UHGV virus genome: UHGV-0189183
From: a virus
Length of the DNA: 14,900 bases
Strand: one strand, 5' to 3'
Made by a program: the position numbers and the translations under genes. Of this stretch, positions 1-8,178 are shown piece after piece. Position 1 is the first letter of the stretch, and each line of letters begins with the position of its first letter. The notes beneath the pieces are model-generated. The model was not told the origin of the DNA and did not search any database. It saw nothing but the letters and a program-made list of their open reading frames with translations.

Positions 1-270
1 TATGCGGTTAATTTGCCGACATCTTCTGGAATTGGCTTTGATCGTTCTGATTTAGCTGTTATTGCCGCGATGAATCATATTGGGGTGGCGATGGGAAGAA
101 AACGCCTGGTACAAAAAAGGCTTGCCAGTGGTGAGCTCGTCGCGCCGTTTGGCGATATGACGGTGAAATGCCATCAGCATTATTACATCACCACATTACC
201 GGGCAGGCAGTGGCCAAAAATTGAAGCGTTTATTACCTGGCTAAGAGAACAGGTAAAAACCACTTCATAA
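1..270 (+). CDS. dsdC: LysR-family transcriptional regulator, C-terminal fragment (5' end lies beyond the window start)
   Basis: Reading frame is open from base 1 and stops at 270. The tail resembles a LysR effector-domain C-terminus. The symbol is from synteny only: in E. coli K-12 dsdC lies on the far side of the prophage occupying argW, with yfdC and mlaA on the other side. Confidence 0.5.
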   Translation, partial: YAVNLPTSSGIGFDRSDLAVIAAMNHIGVAMGRKRLVQKRLASGELVAPFGDMTVKCHQHYYITTLPGRQWPKIEAFITWLREQVKTTS

Positions 271-365
271 TGAATAAAACCACGAGTTCCTGGTGTGCCT
301 TATTCGGCCTGCTAGTTCGAATTTAATTTACGGTTTTTATGTGGTTTTAGGGATAAACACAAGGA

Positions 366-387
366 TGGTGTCCCTGCAGGAATCGAA
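366..387. repeat. Distal attachment-site core: displaced copy of the tRNA-Arg 3' end (TGGTGTCCCTGCAGGAATCGAA)
   Basis: Near-identical to 11892-11914 (one C fewer in the C-run). Its reverse complement ends GGGACACCA, i.e. an acceptor-stem 3' side plus CCA. Confidence 0.8.
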
Positions 388-438
388 AATGTATTTATAT
401 CTATGTTTTATAAAGGTAATTTAAGTGGTTGTTTTGTT

Positions 439-460
439 GATACCATCATGGATACCATCA
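439..460 (+). repeat. Two tandem GATACCATCA copies (putative integrase arm-type sites, left end)
   Basis: GATACCATCA at 439-448 and 451-460. The same motif recurs next to the integrase gene at 11729-11779. Confidence 0.5.
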
Positions 461-912
461 AACGATAAAAACATCTCATTAAGGCCATAGAGATCGGCCT
501 ATTCCGTCAGTTTCAATAATGAATAGTTGGATGAAAAAACGACGGGGCAGGGGGCTGGCAAATCTGCGAAAAGGTTGAAAAATGCGCAAAAAAGTTATCA
601 CACCCCACGCATTATACAATGCTGCTCGCAAACCAGCGCCAACTCTGGGAAGTCAGGGGGATACACCCTAAAGTATTTTTTTCATTTTATGTATACCAGA
701 ATGGCTTTAAATCACTCACCATCCAGCGCTATAACCGGGTTTAACCGTGTATACCATCCCCCATGTGATATGACGTATTCTCATTCATAAAACCCTTTAT
801 TGTATCGAATTTGACACAATACCCGCCCGCAGTAATCAGACCGTCAAGCAAATATCGTTGTACTGTTCACGACACACCTGATCACTCAAGAATTGTTCAC
901 AGCGAGAAAAAT

Positions 913-1938
913 ATGGATAACCCGGACAAAACTCCCGTACCTGAGGTCACTGTAGCAACAGAACCGCAGCCCTCTGCAGAATGCTTCACCTTTGGCGATC
1001 CCATTCCGGTACTGGACCGGCGCGAGCTGCTTGATTATGTGGAGTGCGTACAGATTGATCGCTGGTATGAACCGCCGGTCAGTTTTGCCGGGCTGGCACG
1101 TACCTACCGCGCTGCCGTGCATCACAGTTCACCAATTGCTGTTAAGCGTGACATTCTCAGCAGCACCTTCATCCCACACCGCTTGCTCAGCCAGCAGTCT
1201 TTCGCCCGTTTCGTTCAGGATTATCTGGTGTTTGGTAATGCTTATCTGGAAAAGCGCACCAACTGGCTGGGTGGTGTCCTCTCACTGGAGCCAGCGCTGG
1301 CAAAGTATACCCGGCGCGGCGTTGACCTAGAATCCTACTGGTTTGTGAACTACGGCCTGACGATGCAGCCTTATGAGTTCACCAGAGGCAACATTTTTCA
1401 TCTGATGGAGCCGGATATTAACCAAGAGATTTACGGGCTGCCCGGTTATCTCTCCGCCATTCCGTCAACCCTGCTCAACGAGTCCGCAACGCTGTTCCGT
1501 CGGAAATATTACATCAACGGCAGCCATGTAGGCTTCATCATGTACATGACCGACGCTGCGCAGAATCAGGAGGATGTGAACAACATCCGCAAGGCAATGA
1601 AAAGTGCCAAAGGACCGGGCAATTTTCGCAATCTCTTTATGTACTCACCCAATGGCAAAAAAGATGGCATCCAGATCATCCCCCTATCCGAAGTTGCGGC
1701 GAAAGATGAGTTTCTGAACATCAAGAACGTGAGCCGTGATGACATGATGGCAGCGCACCGCGTGCCACCGCAGATGATGGGAATCATGCCGAGTAACGTT
1801 GGGGGGTTTGGAGATGTAGAAAAAGCCAGCCGTGTTTTTGTTCGCAACGAACTGATGCCGCTACAGAAGCGACTGCAGGAACTGAACGACTGGTGTGGCG
1901 AGAAAATAATTAGTTTTGAACCTTATACACTTGAGTAA
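913..1938 (+). CDS. Cargo protein resembling a P2-family (gpQ / PBSX-type) portal protein; an in-frame TTG at 811 is an alternative start
   Basis: Long ORF of normal GC content. Conserved-looking blocks (FGDPIPVLDRRELLDY, WYEPPVSF, LVFGNAYLEK, NESATLFRRKYY) match what I recall of P2-type portal proteins. Size about 341 aa from the ATG at 913. Family assignment is from memory and not verified. Confidence 0.45.
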   Translation: MDNPDKTPVPEVTVATEPQPSAECFTFGDPIPVLDRRELLDYVECVQIDRWYEPPVSFAGLARTYRAAVHHSSPIAVKRDILSSTFIPHRLLSQQSFARFVQDYLVFGNAYLEKRTNWLGGVLSLEPALAKYTRRGVDLESYWFVNYGLTMQPYEFTRGNIFHLMEPDINQEIYGLPGYLSAIPSTLLNESATLFRRKYYINGSHVGFIMYMTDAAQNQEDVNNIRKAMKSAKGPGNFRNLFMYSPNGKKDGIQIIPLSEVAAKDEFLNIKNVSRDDMMAAHRVPPQMMGIMPSNVGGFGDVEKASRVFVRNELMPLQKRLQELNDWCGEKIISFEPYTLE

Positions 1939-1966
1939 TAAAAAAGCCACTGAAGTGGCTTTTTTA
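1939..1966. terminator. Bidirectional rho-independent terminator shared by the convergent portal-like and DUF4062 genes
   Basis: A-run, stem GCCAC (1946-1950), loop TGAA, stem GTGGC (1955-1959), T-run 1960-1965. Confidence 0.6.
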
Positions 1967-1967
1967 T

Positions 1968-2933
1968 TTAATCGGGAAGGTTACGTAAATCGATATATGA
2001 GAAAAATGCGGCACCTTTCTCAGTTAACTCGTATCGAAGATATCGATTTTCCATTATTGGCGTTGTTTTGAGTAGGCCATGGACCATCATTAACGTGCAA
2101 ACATTTCTAACCAAAAAACCAGCTAAGTCAGTCGAATTTGATCTTAACCCAGAAAGAATAGTTCCTCTATACAGCAAAATGAGTCGCATTGCTGTTGTTT
2201 TAACTGGCTCTGGAGTTTCGGATAATTTTGTCGGGATCGTTAACTGTGTATTTTCAAATAGCTTATATATTTTACTGAACTCTTCCTCAGATGGTTTTTT
2301 TACTATAGCTTTACTTTCAGGGGAACGTGCAGCTCTGAGAAGTTCAACCTCAGATTTTAAAGCTTCATTTTCCTTCGTTAGTTTAGATATTTGTTCTATT
2401 AACACACTTGACTCTGATATTTCCTTTCCAGAAACCCACCCAAGGAGATTTCTCTCGACACCAATTTGAGGAAGTGTCTTATAAATTGATATTTGTATAT
2501 CTTTAATATCCCGAAAAAATTCCACCGGATACCCCTTGACCTTTTGTTTGAAAGCTTCATATTTTGTCGGGTTATCTAATTCAAGAACTTCCTTACCAAC
2601 TGTTTTAACTTTTTCATCTAGATATTCGTCATCAATGACTATCGAAAATAGAGGTTTGTTTGTACTTAAAGCATAATCATATTCGAGCTCTGTATAGCAA
2701 TAATCACTGCCGGGAGCAATCGTTCCATAACGCCCTCCCAGAATAAGGATGTAGATATCTGACTCATCTATCCAGCGCTTAATAATTTCTAACTGGCTTC
2801 TGTCTCCAGGCTTAAATAGCTCCATTCCCGCAGGTATATGCCCGGCAGTTAATATGGCACTTACCGCAGCTTGCCTTTCTTCAATGAGGTCTGTAAAAGT
2901 TGATGAAATGAAAACTTGAAATTTCCTATTCAT
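1968..2933 (-). CDS. DUF4062-type N-terminal domain protein with coiled-coil and uncharacterised C-terminal domain (hotspot cargo)
   Basis: 321-aa ORF. N-terminus MNRKFQVFISSTFTDLIEERQAAV carries the FISSTFxDLxxER signature I associate with Pfam DUF4062. Gene is markedly AT-rich relative to the element backbone. Confidence 0.65.
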   Translation of the reverse strand: MNRKFQVFISSTFTDLIEERQAAVSAILTAGHIPAGMELFKPGDRSQLEIIKRWIDESDIYILILGGRYGTIAPGSDYCYTELEYDYALSTNKPLFSIVIDDEYLDEKVKTVGKEVLELDNPTKYEAFKQKVKGYPVEFFRDIKDIQISIYKTLPQIGVERNLLGWVSGKEISESSVLIEQISKLTKENEALKSEVELLRAARSPESKAIVKKPSEEEFSKIYKLFENTQLTIPTKLSETPEPVKTTAMRLILLYRGTILSGLRSNSTDLAGFLVRNVCTLMMVHGLLKTTPIMENRYLRYELTEKGAAFFSYIDLRNLPD

Positions 2934-3331
2934 TTTTTATCCATATAGAGTTATTGTCATCTAACATACCTACAAAATGCTATAGGTAAATTTAAGTTGG
3001 TATTATTAGTCTTTTACTAGTATCTAATGCTGAAAAAGTTGATGAAAGAAAGACATTAGACGCAGATACCAACATCAGAGCATAATCATATGATATAGGT
3101 TAAAGCGTGTTCAAGACCGATTAACGTAAGTTCCCTAGATCTCCCCTCAGCGCGAGCAGCCCCGCCCGCCTGCCCGCTTCGCTTAACAGAATGGTTTTCA
3201 TGCACCCCGTAAATCGCCTCAGGAGCCGCCACACAAGGGCTTTCACGTCAAAAATGATGCATGAGACTCATGCGTTTTCATGCGCCATAGACATGCACTC
3301 ATGCGCTCTCAGGCCAGCCAGGAAAAAGGCG

Positions 3332-3360
3332 TAAAAAATCCCGGTGCCGGGCCGGGATTA
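3332..3360 (-). terminator. Rho-independent terminator ending the Sid/Psu-Ogr operon
   Basis: On the minus strand: stem AATCCCGG, loop, stem CCGGGATT, followed directly by a T-run; about 20 nt past the Ogr-like stop. Confidence 0.55.
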
Positions 3361-3379
3361 GGTAGGCGTTTTTTGCTAA

Positions 3380-3652
3380 TCAGACAGGGATTTGCTGGCG
3401 GCTTGATAACTTTGATGCAGAGCCATAGCGATTGAGCGTTTGCTGTTGTTTTTCCGGCATTTGTGCTTTGTCTGATTCCTGTTCATTGCGCCGGGGCTTC
3501 ATAATTATCTTATCCACACTTTCCAGAGCGGTAAATGTGCAGGAACATTCAAGATTCTGGCACTGATACCATGAGCGTTTAACCGACGGTGCTTCATAGG
3601 CGGTGGTTCTGGCGTGTGCAACGGTGCCGCATTCAGGACATTTCAGCGCCAT
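3380..3652 (-). CDS. Ogr/Delta-family zinc-finger late-gene transcriptional activator
   Basis: 90 aa. C-x2-C-x22-C-x4-C arrangement (CPECGTVAHART...YQCQNLEC) closely matches the P2 Ogr / P4 Delta pattern. Confidence 0.85.
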   Translation of the reverse strand: MALKCPECGTVAHARTTAYEAPSVKRSWYQCQNLECSCTFTALESVDKIIMKPRRNEQESDKAQMPEKQQQTLNRYGSASKLSSRQQIPV

Positions 3653-4413
3653 CAGATACCCTCCATATCACGGTTACGTTTCTGCAGCTCTTCACGTTCC
3701 TGACGGATCTTCATTTTGTGAAGGGCCGCCGGTGACGGGATTTTGCTTAAATCGACACGAGCCGCATAATCCGGCGCAACGCCCGCCAGTTTAAACACAG
3801 GGTCCAGTTCCGGCATCGCAGTGTTAGCAAGAGCCGGTTTGGTGATATGTTTGTGAATAAAGTCTTTCAGCAGTGTGTCCGGGTCATTAACTGAATTCAC
3901 CACCCCCACAACGGCACTGGCTTCCCGCCCCATTGTGGTTTTGAGCAGGCTCAGTGTCTGGATTAACGCCTTACCATGCGCCTGCATGAAGTCTTCCCAG
4001 ATTTGCTTTGCGCGAATTTCCACAAGGGTGTTATGTGCGCTGATATACTGCCCGGCTAATTTCCCGGCTTCCTGCGGTAATAAGGCATTTTCGCTTTCCT
4101 GAGCTGCCAGCAGTTCATCAAAATCCTCAAGCGTTTCTCGTCCCAGCGCAATTTCCGTGCGCAGTTTTTTCATTTCCTTTGAGACTACGCCCTGACTTTC
4201 ACGAAACAGCGTGCGCCACTCCTCATTCAGCGCGTTCGTCGTGGCTTCCATTTCAGCCCGGCGCTGGCGGATTGTCGCAATATTATCCGCTGCCGCTTTC
4301 TGCCGACGACGTGCTTCAAGCCATGCGCTTCTGGCCGTGTTCAGGGTTTCCATTGCCTGCTGCGTTACAGCCGGAAAAGTGGAAAGGTTGTTATTCTCTG
4401 CGGTGTTGTTCAT
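3652..4413 (-). CDS. Sid/Psu-family protein (P4 capsid-size determination / polarity suppression family)
   Basis: 253 aa, strong AGGAG ribosome-binding site before the ATG at 4413. Immediately upstream of the Ogr/Delta-like gene, as sid is in P4. Helical, charge-rich sequence resembling my recollection of P4 Psu/Sid. Which paralogue it is cannot be resolved. Confidence 0.6.
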   Translation of the reverse strand: MNNTAENNNLSTFPAVTQQAMETLNTARSAWLEARRRQKAAADNIATIRQRRAEMEATTNALNEEWRTLFRESQGVVSKEMKKLRTEIALGRETLEDFDELLAAQESENALLPQEAGKLAGQYISAHNTLVEIRAKQIWEDFMQAHGKALIQTLSLLKTTMGREASAVVGVVNSVNDPDTLLKDFIHKHITKPALANTAMPELDPVFKLAGVAPDYAARVDLSKIPSPAALHKMKIRQEREELQKRNRDMEGI

Positions 4414-4447
4414 GACTTCTCCTGCCGGGTTGGTTCGTTACGTCAAT

Positions 4448-4465
4448 TGTGTCGTGACTGACACA
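4448..4465. promoter_or_regulatory. Dyad TGTGTC-N6-GACACA (TGT-N12-ACA type) upstream of the Sid/Psu-like gene
   Basis: Perfect 6-bp inverted arms. The TGT-N12-ACA layout is that of Ogr/Delta activator sites in P2/P4 late promoters. Confidence 0.4.
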
Positions 4466-4588
4466 AGCGCACTATCGGCGCTCAGTGTGTGGTGGCTGGC
4501 ACAACGGGCGTTTGCGGTTATTCAGACGCGGCCATGACAGCCAGCCAGATAAAAATGCCTCTGTTTCAGCCTGCTTTATGTCCCGGAT

Positions 4589-4787
4589 GCGGTGAAACAG
4601 GTGGAACAGGTGTTACAGCATTGTTTTGTAAAACATTTATATGCACATCACAGGTGAAACATCGCAGGTAACAAGGTGGAACAGCGGATCGGCTGGCGTT
4701 CCACCTGTTCCACCTCACTATTTCAGAAGGTGAAACAGGTTTAGCCCTTGTAAAATACGGGTGTTCCACCTGTTTCACCTGTTACCC
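4589..4787. repeat. Iteron cluster (putative origin / alpha-protein binding sites, P4 ori/crr-like)
   Basis: At least seven copies of GGTG(A/G)AACAG in both orientations, e.g. 4591-4612, 4651-4660, 4675-4684, 4699-4716, 4729-4740, 4763-4782. Reverse complement TGTT(C/T)CACC resembles the P4 octamer TGTTCACC. Confidence 0.65.
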
Positions 4788-4813
4788 TTAATAAATAAGA
4801 CTCACGCAAAGCC

Positions 4814-7486
4814 TTAACCCGGCACCTCGCTGTTGAAGACATAGAGTCTGCGGGGATTCATCTCTGGCGGGCGAATGGTTGTCTGCAGCTTGCCATCGGT
4901 GGAGGGCAGCAGGTATCCACGATCCGCGCACAGACGCGCCACCTTGCGCGGGTCAAATCCCCGGCAGATTTCTTTCCAGCCGGACGGCATGACGTAGAAC
5001 GTGGTGACGGCCTCCGTGCCCTGCGCGGTACTGCCTTTCTCCACCCTGCGCCAGCCCACCATATTGCCGGGGCGGTTACGCTCGTCGTGCCAGTCAGCAA
5101 AGCGGCTGTACTGATTCGCGGTAAAGAAGCTGCGTACCTGCTCCAGTGCGGCAATATCTTCCTGATTGGCGGTGTGCCCGCGATCTTTCAGCCATGCGTT
5201 CAGGCAGACGCGGGTTGCCCGCAGCGCTTCACCCTCAGGCCAGCCGGTAATACCCAGCCGGGTTGCCAGCTCGCCCGCCATCGCCACCAGTGCAAAGCGG
5301 TTCACAGCCCGGCCTACCTGATTACCCGCATCTTTCGGGGTCAGGGCGGCTGTATATTCCTTCATCAGTGACTTTGCCTGTGCCGTCAGCCCGTTAAGGT
5401 CAGCGGTCAGGGCTTTCAGCCACTCCCTGAACGGCGAACCGTAGTAGCTGGACGTGGCCCACTCCAGATGTTCCGCCAGAGCCTTGCCGCTGTCGAAGCC
5501 GTGCAGCTCCTCAAATACGCCAAATTTCCCGGAATCGCTGGGGATCTGGATCATCCTGACTTCCATCCCGGCAAAGGTACGCTCACCGGCTTTTGCCGCA
5601 TGTTCGGTCAGTGACAGCTCGCCGGTTGAAAAGAACAGCAGCCGCCACTGCTTACGGGTGCGCAGCTCACCGTCCGTACCGGCACGGCCCTTGCCCTGAC
5701 CGTTTGCCAGCATGTAGGCGATATTACCCGCCTCGCGTCCGTCCACCTCCCGGATCTCATCAAGCATCATGGCGGCATCGTTGCGGCGGCTGGCGCATCC
5801 CTCCAGCGCGTTGCCGGTTGCCCGCCACGTCTGCCAGTAATCAGGCCCGCCACAAACGGAGGTTGCCGCTTTCATGGTGGTGGTCTTACCGTCAGTCGAT
5901 TCCCCCTTGAGGTGGTAGCCGCCGCCGTCCATCCCAACCAGCCGTAACAGGGGTGCAGCAAAGGCCAGACTGACGGCAAACGCCACGCGGGAGTTACCGG
6001 TGCAGTAACGGGAAACGTGCTCCCGCCATTCCTCCGTTGTACCTGACACACGGAAATCGCGCCCCTGCACGGAAGTGGTCTGGAGAATGACACCCTCTGC
6101 ACCTTCACCGCTGACCTCATCCTGCAGGACGTAAACCTGACCATGCCAGCCAGTGCGGCTGACGCAGGTCACGCGGCGTTCCGGTTTACACAGCGAGATA
6201 TATTCCATCAGGCGGGCGCGGGCCTCACCGGTGGTGCTGATATAGGACAGCCCGTTAACCAGCAGTACCCGGCGTAGTTCCTCACCGCTACCACTGAGCA
6301 TTTCCATCGGCATCGCCCAGCGGCGGCGCTCTCCCCATGTATCTTCCCACTCCAGCAGTCGCCCGAAATTACCGCCATCAGCATCGCAGGTGATTGCCGT
6401 CACGCGCAACGGGTTGCATATTTTGACGTTCTGGATCTCCGTCTCACCGTTGCGCTGTACCTGTTTTTCATACCAGAGATATTCCTGGGTAAGACGGAAC
6501 CCGTGCGGCAACTGCGTGCGGCCTTCTCCGCACAGTACAAGACCGTTACGAAAGGCTTCACGGGCACGTGTAATACCGTGCTCACGGTGGAAGTCATTCC
6601 AGTCAGCTTTAATTTCTCCCGGTGGCAGCGTCACCCAGCCACCGACTGATTTTGCCGCCCGTTCAGCAAAGGATCTGCCGGGATTCTCGCCCCCGTCCTG
6701 AAAATCGTTATCACCGGCGATGATAATTTTTACCTCAGGCCAGCGTGCCCGCAGCGCCTGTGCGACGTTGGGCAGGTTGCCCGCCGATATGGCCGCCACT
6801 ACGCATCCGGCGGTGAGCTGGCTTACCGTCAACGCCGTGGCGTAACCTTCGGTAATCACCACCTGTACCGGCGGTTCAGACGGTAACGGGCTGAGCGCCA
6901 CAAACGCGCCTTTCATCGTGCTGCCGGGCAGTATGCTTTTTTCACCCGTCGGGGCGATAAGCTGTGCACCGGTCACGGCTCCGGCGTTTGTCGTGAGCGG
7001 TAACAGCAGGGAACCGGCAGGGAAATCCTTACCACTGATATGCTGCACGCTCCCGGTCAGGGAGGCCGGGTATCCGGCGAACCCTTTTCCGGTCAGATAG
7101 GGGCTTTCTCCCGTGTGACTCTCTTTCATCAGGGCCGCCACGGTAAGGCTCATATCGCGTTTAGGGGCTTTTTGCCTGGCGGGCTTAACGGGCAGTTCCT
7201 GCACATCCGGCACATTAAGCACCTGCGCCACCTCCTGCGCTGCCTTTCTGATGCCGTAACCGGTTATGAGCTTAACCAGATCCAGACCATCACCATTGCC
7301 GCACTGGCTGCAAATCCACGTCCCGCGCCCGTCGAGGTCATCGAGGCGGAAGCGATCCTTGCCCCCACATTTCGGGCAGGGACCGTGCCTGCCGTTTTCA
7401 GGTACATCAATACGCAGCATCTGCAGAATGACGGGCCATTTTCCCCGCGCTGCGGCTGAAATCTGCGTAACCGTCTGTGTTGTCAT
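4814..7486 (-). CDS. P4 alpha-type primase/helicase replication protein
   Basis: 890-aa ORF. N-terminal zinc-binding motif CPKCGG...CSQCG. Large size and position in the replication operon next to the iterons match P4-family alpha proteins. Confidence 0.85.
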   Translation of the reverse strand: MTTQTVTQISAAARGKWPVILQMLRIDVPENGRHGPCPKCGGKDRFRLDDLDGRGTWICSQCGNGDGLDLVKLITGYGIRKAAQEVAQVLNVPDVQELPVKPARQKAPKRDMSLTVAALMKESHTGESPYLTGKGFAGYPASLTGSVQHISGKDFPAGSLLLPLTTNAGAVTGAQLIAPTGEKSILPGSTMKGAFVALSPLPSEPPVQVVITEGYATALTVSQLTAGCVVAAISAGNLPNVAQALRARWPEVKIIIAGDNDFQDGGENPGRSFAERAAKSVGGWVTLPPGEIKADWNDFHREHGITRAREAFRNGLVLCGEGRTQLPHGFRLTQEYLWYEKQVQRNGETEIQNVKICNPLRVTAITCDADGGNFGRLLEWEDTWGERRRWAMPMEMLSGSGEELRRVLLVNGLSYISTTGEARARLMEYISLCKPERRVTCVSRTGWHGQVYVLQDEVSGEGAEGVILQTTSVQGRDFRVSGTTEEWREHVSRYCTGNSRVAFAVSLAFAAPLLRLVGMDGGGYHLKGESTDGKTTTMKAATSVCGGPDYWQTWRATGNALEGCASRRNDAAMMLDEIREVDGREAGNIAYMLANGQGKGRAGTDGELRTRKQWRLLFFSTGELSLTEHAAKAGERTFAGMEVRMIQIPSDSGKFGVFEELHGFDSGKALAEHLEWATSSYYGSPFREWLKALTADLNGLTAQAKSLMKEYTAALTPKDAGNQVGRAVNRFALVAMAGELATRLGITGWPEGEALRATRVCLNAWLKDRGHTANQEDIAALEQVRSFFTANQYSRFADWHDERNRPGNMVGWRRVEKGSTAQGTEAVTTFYVMPSGWKEICRGFDPRKVARLCADRGYLLPSTDGKLQTTIRPPEMNPRRLYVFNSEVPG

Positions 7487-7866
7487 ATTTCCCCCTGATA
7501 CAGCGATACACCCGAGCTGCAGAAGTCATCAAATGCCGCCGGAAGTGTGCGGTACAGCTCCGCCATCACTTCACAGCCGCGCACAGTCAGTACCGGTGGC
7601 GCGGTCAGCAATGATGGCTCCAGCATGTCAGTCAGCAGCGCCAGTGCAGCCGCTGCTCCCTGTGCTTCGCCATATTCGTTAATCAGTGCGCACTCGATAT
7701 GCAGGGCAATGGCCATTTCAATACGTTCAACCGTCAGGCTGTGCGGACCATAGTGATCGCAGCCGGTTTCGGTCAGCGCTTTCTGGCGCCAGGCCGATGC
7801 AATAGCCCGCCGGTAAAGCGCAGTGGTCATTTCTGCCGGAAAAATAGAAACCTGCGGCTGGTTCAT
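7483..7866 (-). CDS. Hypothetical protein, replication-operon member
   Basis: 127-aa ORF. Stop overlaps the alpha start and its start overlaps the upstream gene stop (translational coupling). Confidence 0.5.
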   Translation of the reverse strand: MNQPQVSIFPAEMTTALYRRAIASAWRQKALTETGCDHYGPHSLTVERIEMAIALHIECALINEYGEAQGAAAALALLTDMLEPSLLTAPPVLTVRGCEVMAELYRTLPAAFDDFCSSGVSLYQGEI

Positions 7867-8147
7867 TGGGTGCCTCCTTCAATCAGTTCGCAACTGTGCG
7901 CAATATCCGTCAAATCTGCCCGCAGGTACTCCATCAGCGCGGCGATGCCTGGCGCACATCCTGCATCCAGCGTTCCGCCCTGCGAGGGGTATTCAGAAAA
8001 GAGAAGCTGCAACATGTCGCAGGCCTTTCTGGCGCGGTCCAGCTTTCCGAAACCGTCCTCTGACAACCCATACGCAAAAGCACCGCTATTGTGTTTTTCA
8101 GGCAAAGCGTGGCCCTGAGCACCGTTGTGCCCGTTTGAAATATTCAT
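7863..8147 (-). CDS. Hypothetical protein, replication-operon member
   Basis: 94-aa ORF, co-oriented and overlapping the next gene by 4 nt. Confidence 0.45.
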   Translation of the reverse strand: MNISNGHNGAQGHALPEKHNSGAFAYGLSEDGFGKLDRARKACDMLQLLFSEYPSQGGTLDAGCAPGIAALMEYLRADLTDIAHSCELIEGGTQ

Positions 8148-8178
8148 CGTGGATTACTCCGTTTTCAGCGGTGTTTTG

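Noticed and set aside
527-790. 87-aa plus-strand ORF in the left hotspot intergenic region
   Set aside because: No ribosome-binding site, low-complexity composition, and it lies in the probable promoter/leader of the portal-like gene; most likely a chance ORF.
859-876. TGT-N12-ACA match upstream of the portal-like gene, suggesting an Ogr/Delta-dependent late promoter
   Set aside because: Arms are not otherwise symmetric, and the spacing would put the transcription start after the ATG at 913. This pattern is expected by chance a few times in 15 kb.
992-2469. Alternative-frame and antisense ORFs over the portal-like and DUF4062 genes (886-1125, 992-1330, 1566-1847, 2068-2469)
   Set aside because: Each is shorter than and fully overlapped by a better-supported ORF, with no independent ribosome-binding site.
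3121-3180. GC-rich tract (CAGCCCCGCCCGCCTGCCCGC) considered as a possible cos site
   Set aside because: Only a vague resemblance to the P2/P4 cohesive-end sequence as I recall it (GGCGAGGCGGGGAAAGCAC); no convincing match anywhere in the window. A search with the real cos sequence would settle it.
4489-4778. Short ORFs (4489-4671 plus strand, 4566-4778 minus strand) across the iteron region
   Set aside because: Their coding potential comes from the repeated GGTGAAACAGG units; the region is better explained as an origin or cis-acting site.
4858-7459. Numerous 60-140 aa ORFs on both strands inside the primase/helicase gene (e.g. 4858-5154, 5087-5371, 5593-5910, 7040-7459)
   Set aside because: They are embedded in or antisense to a long, well-supported GC-rich coding region; this is the usual stop-codon-poor artefact of high-GC sequence.
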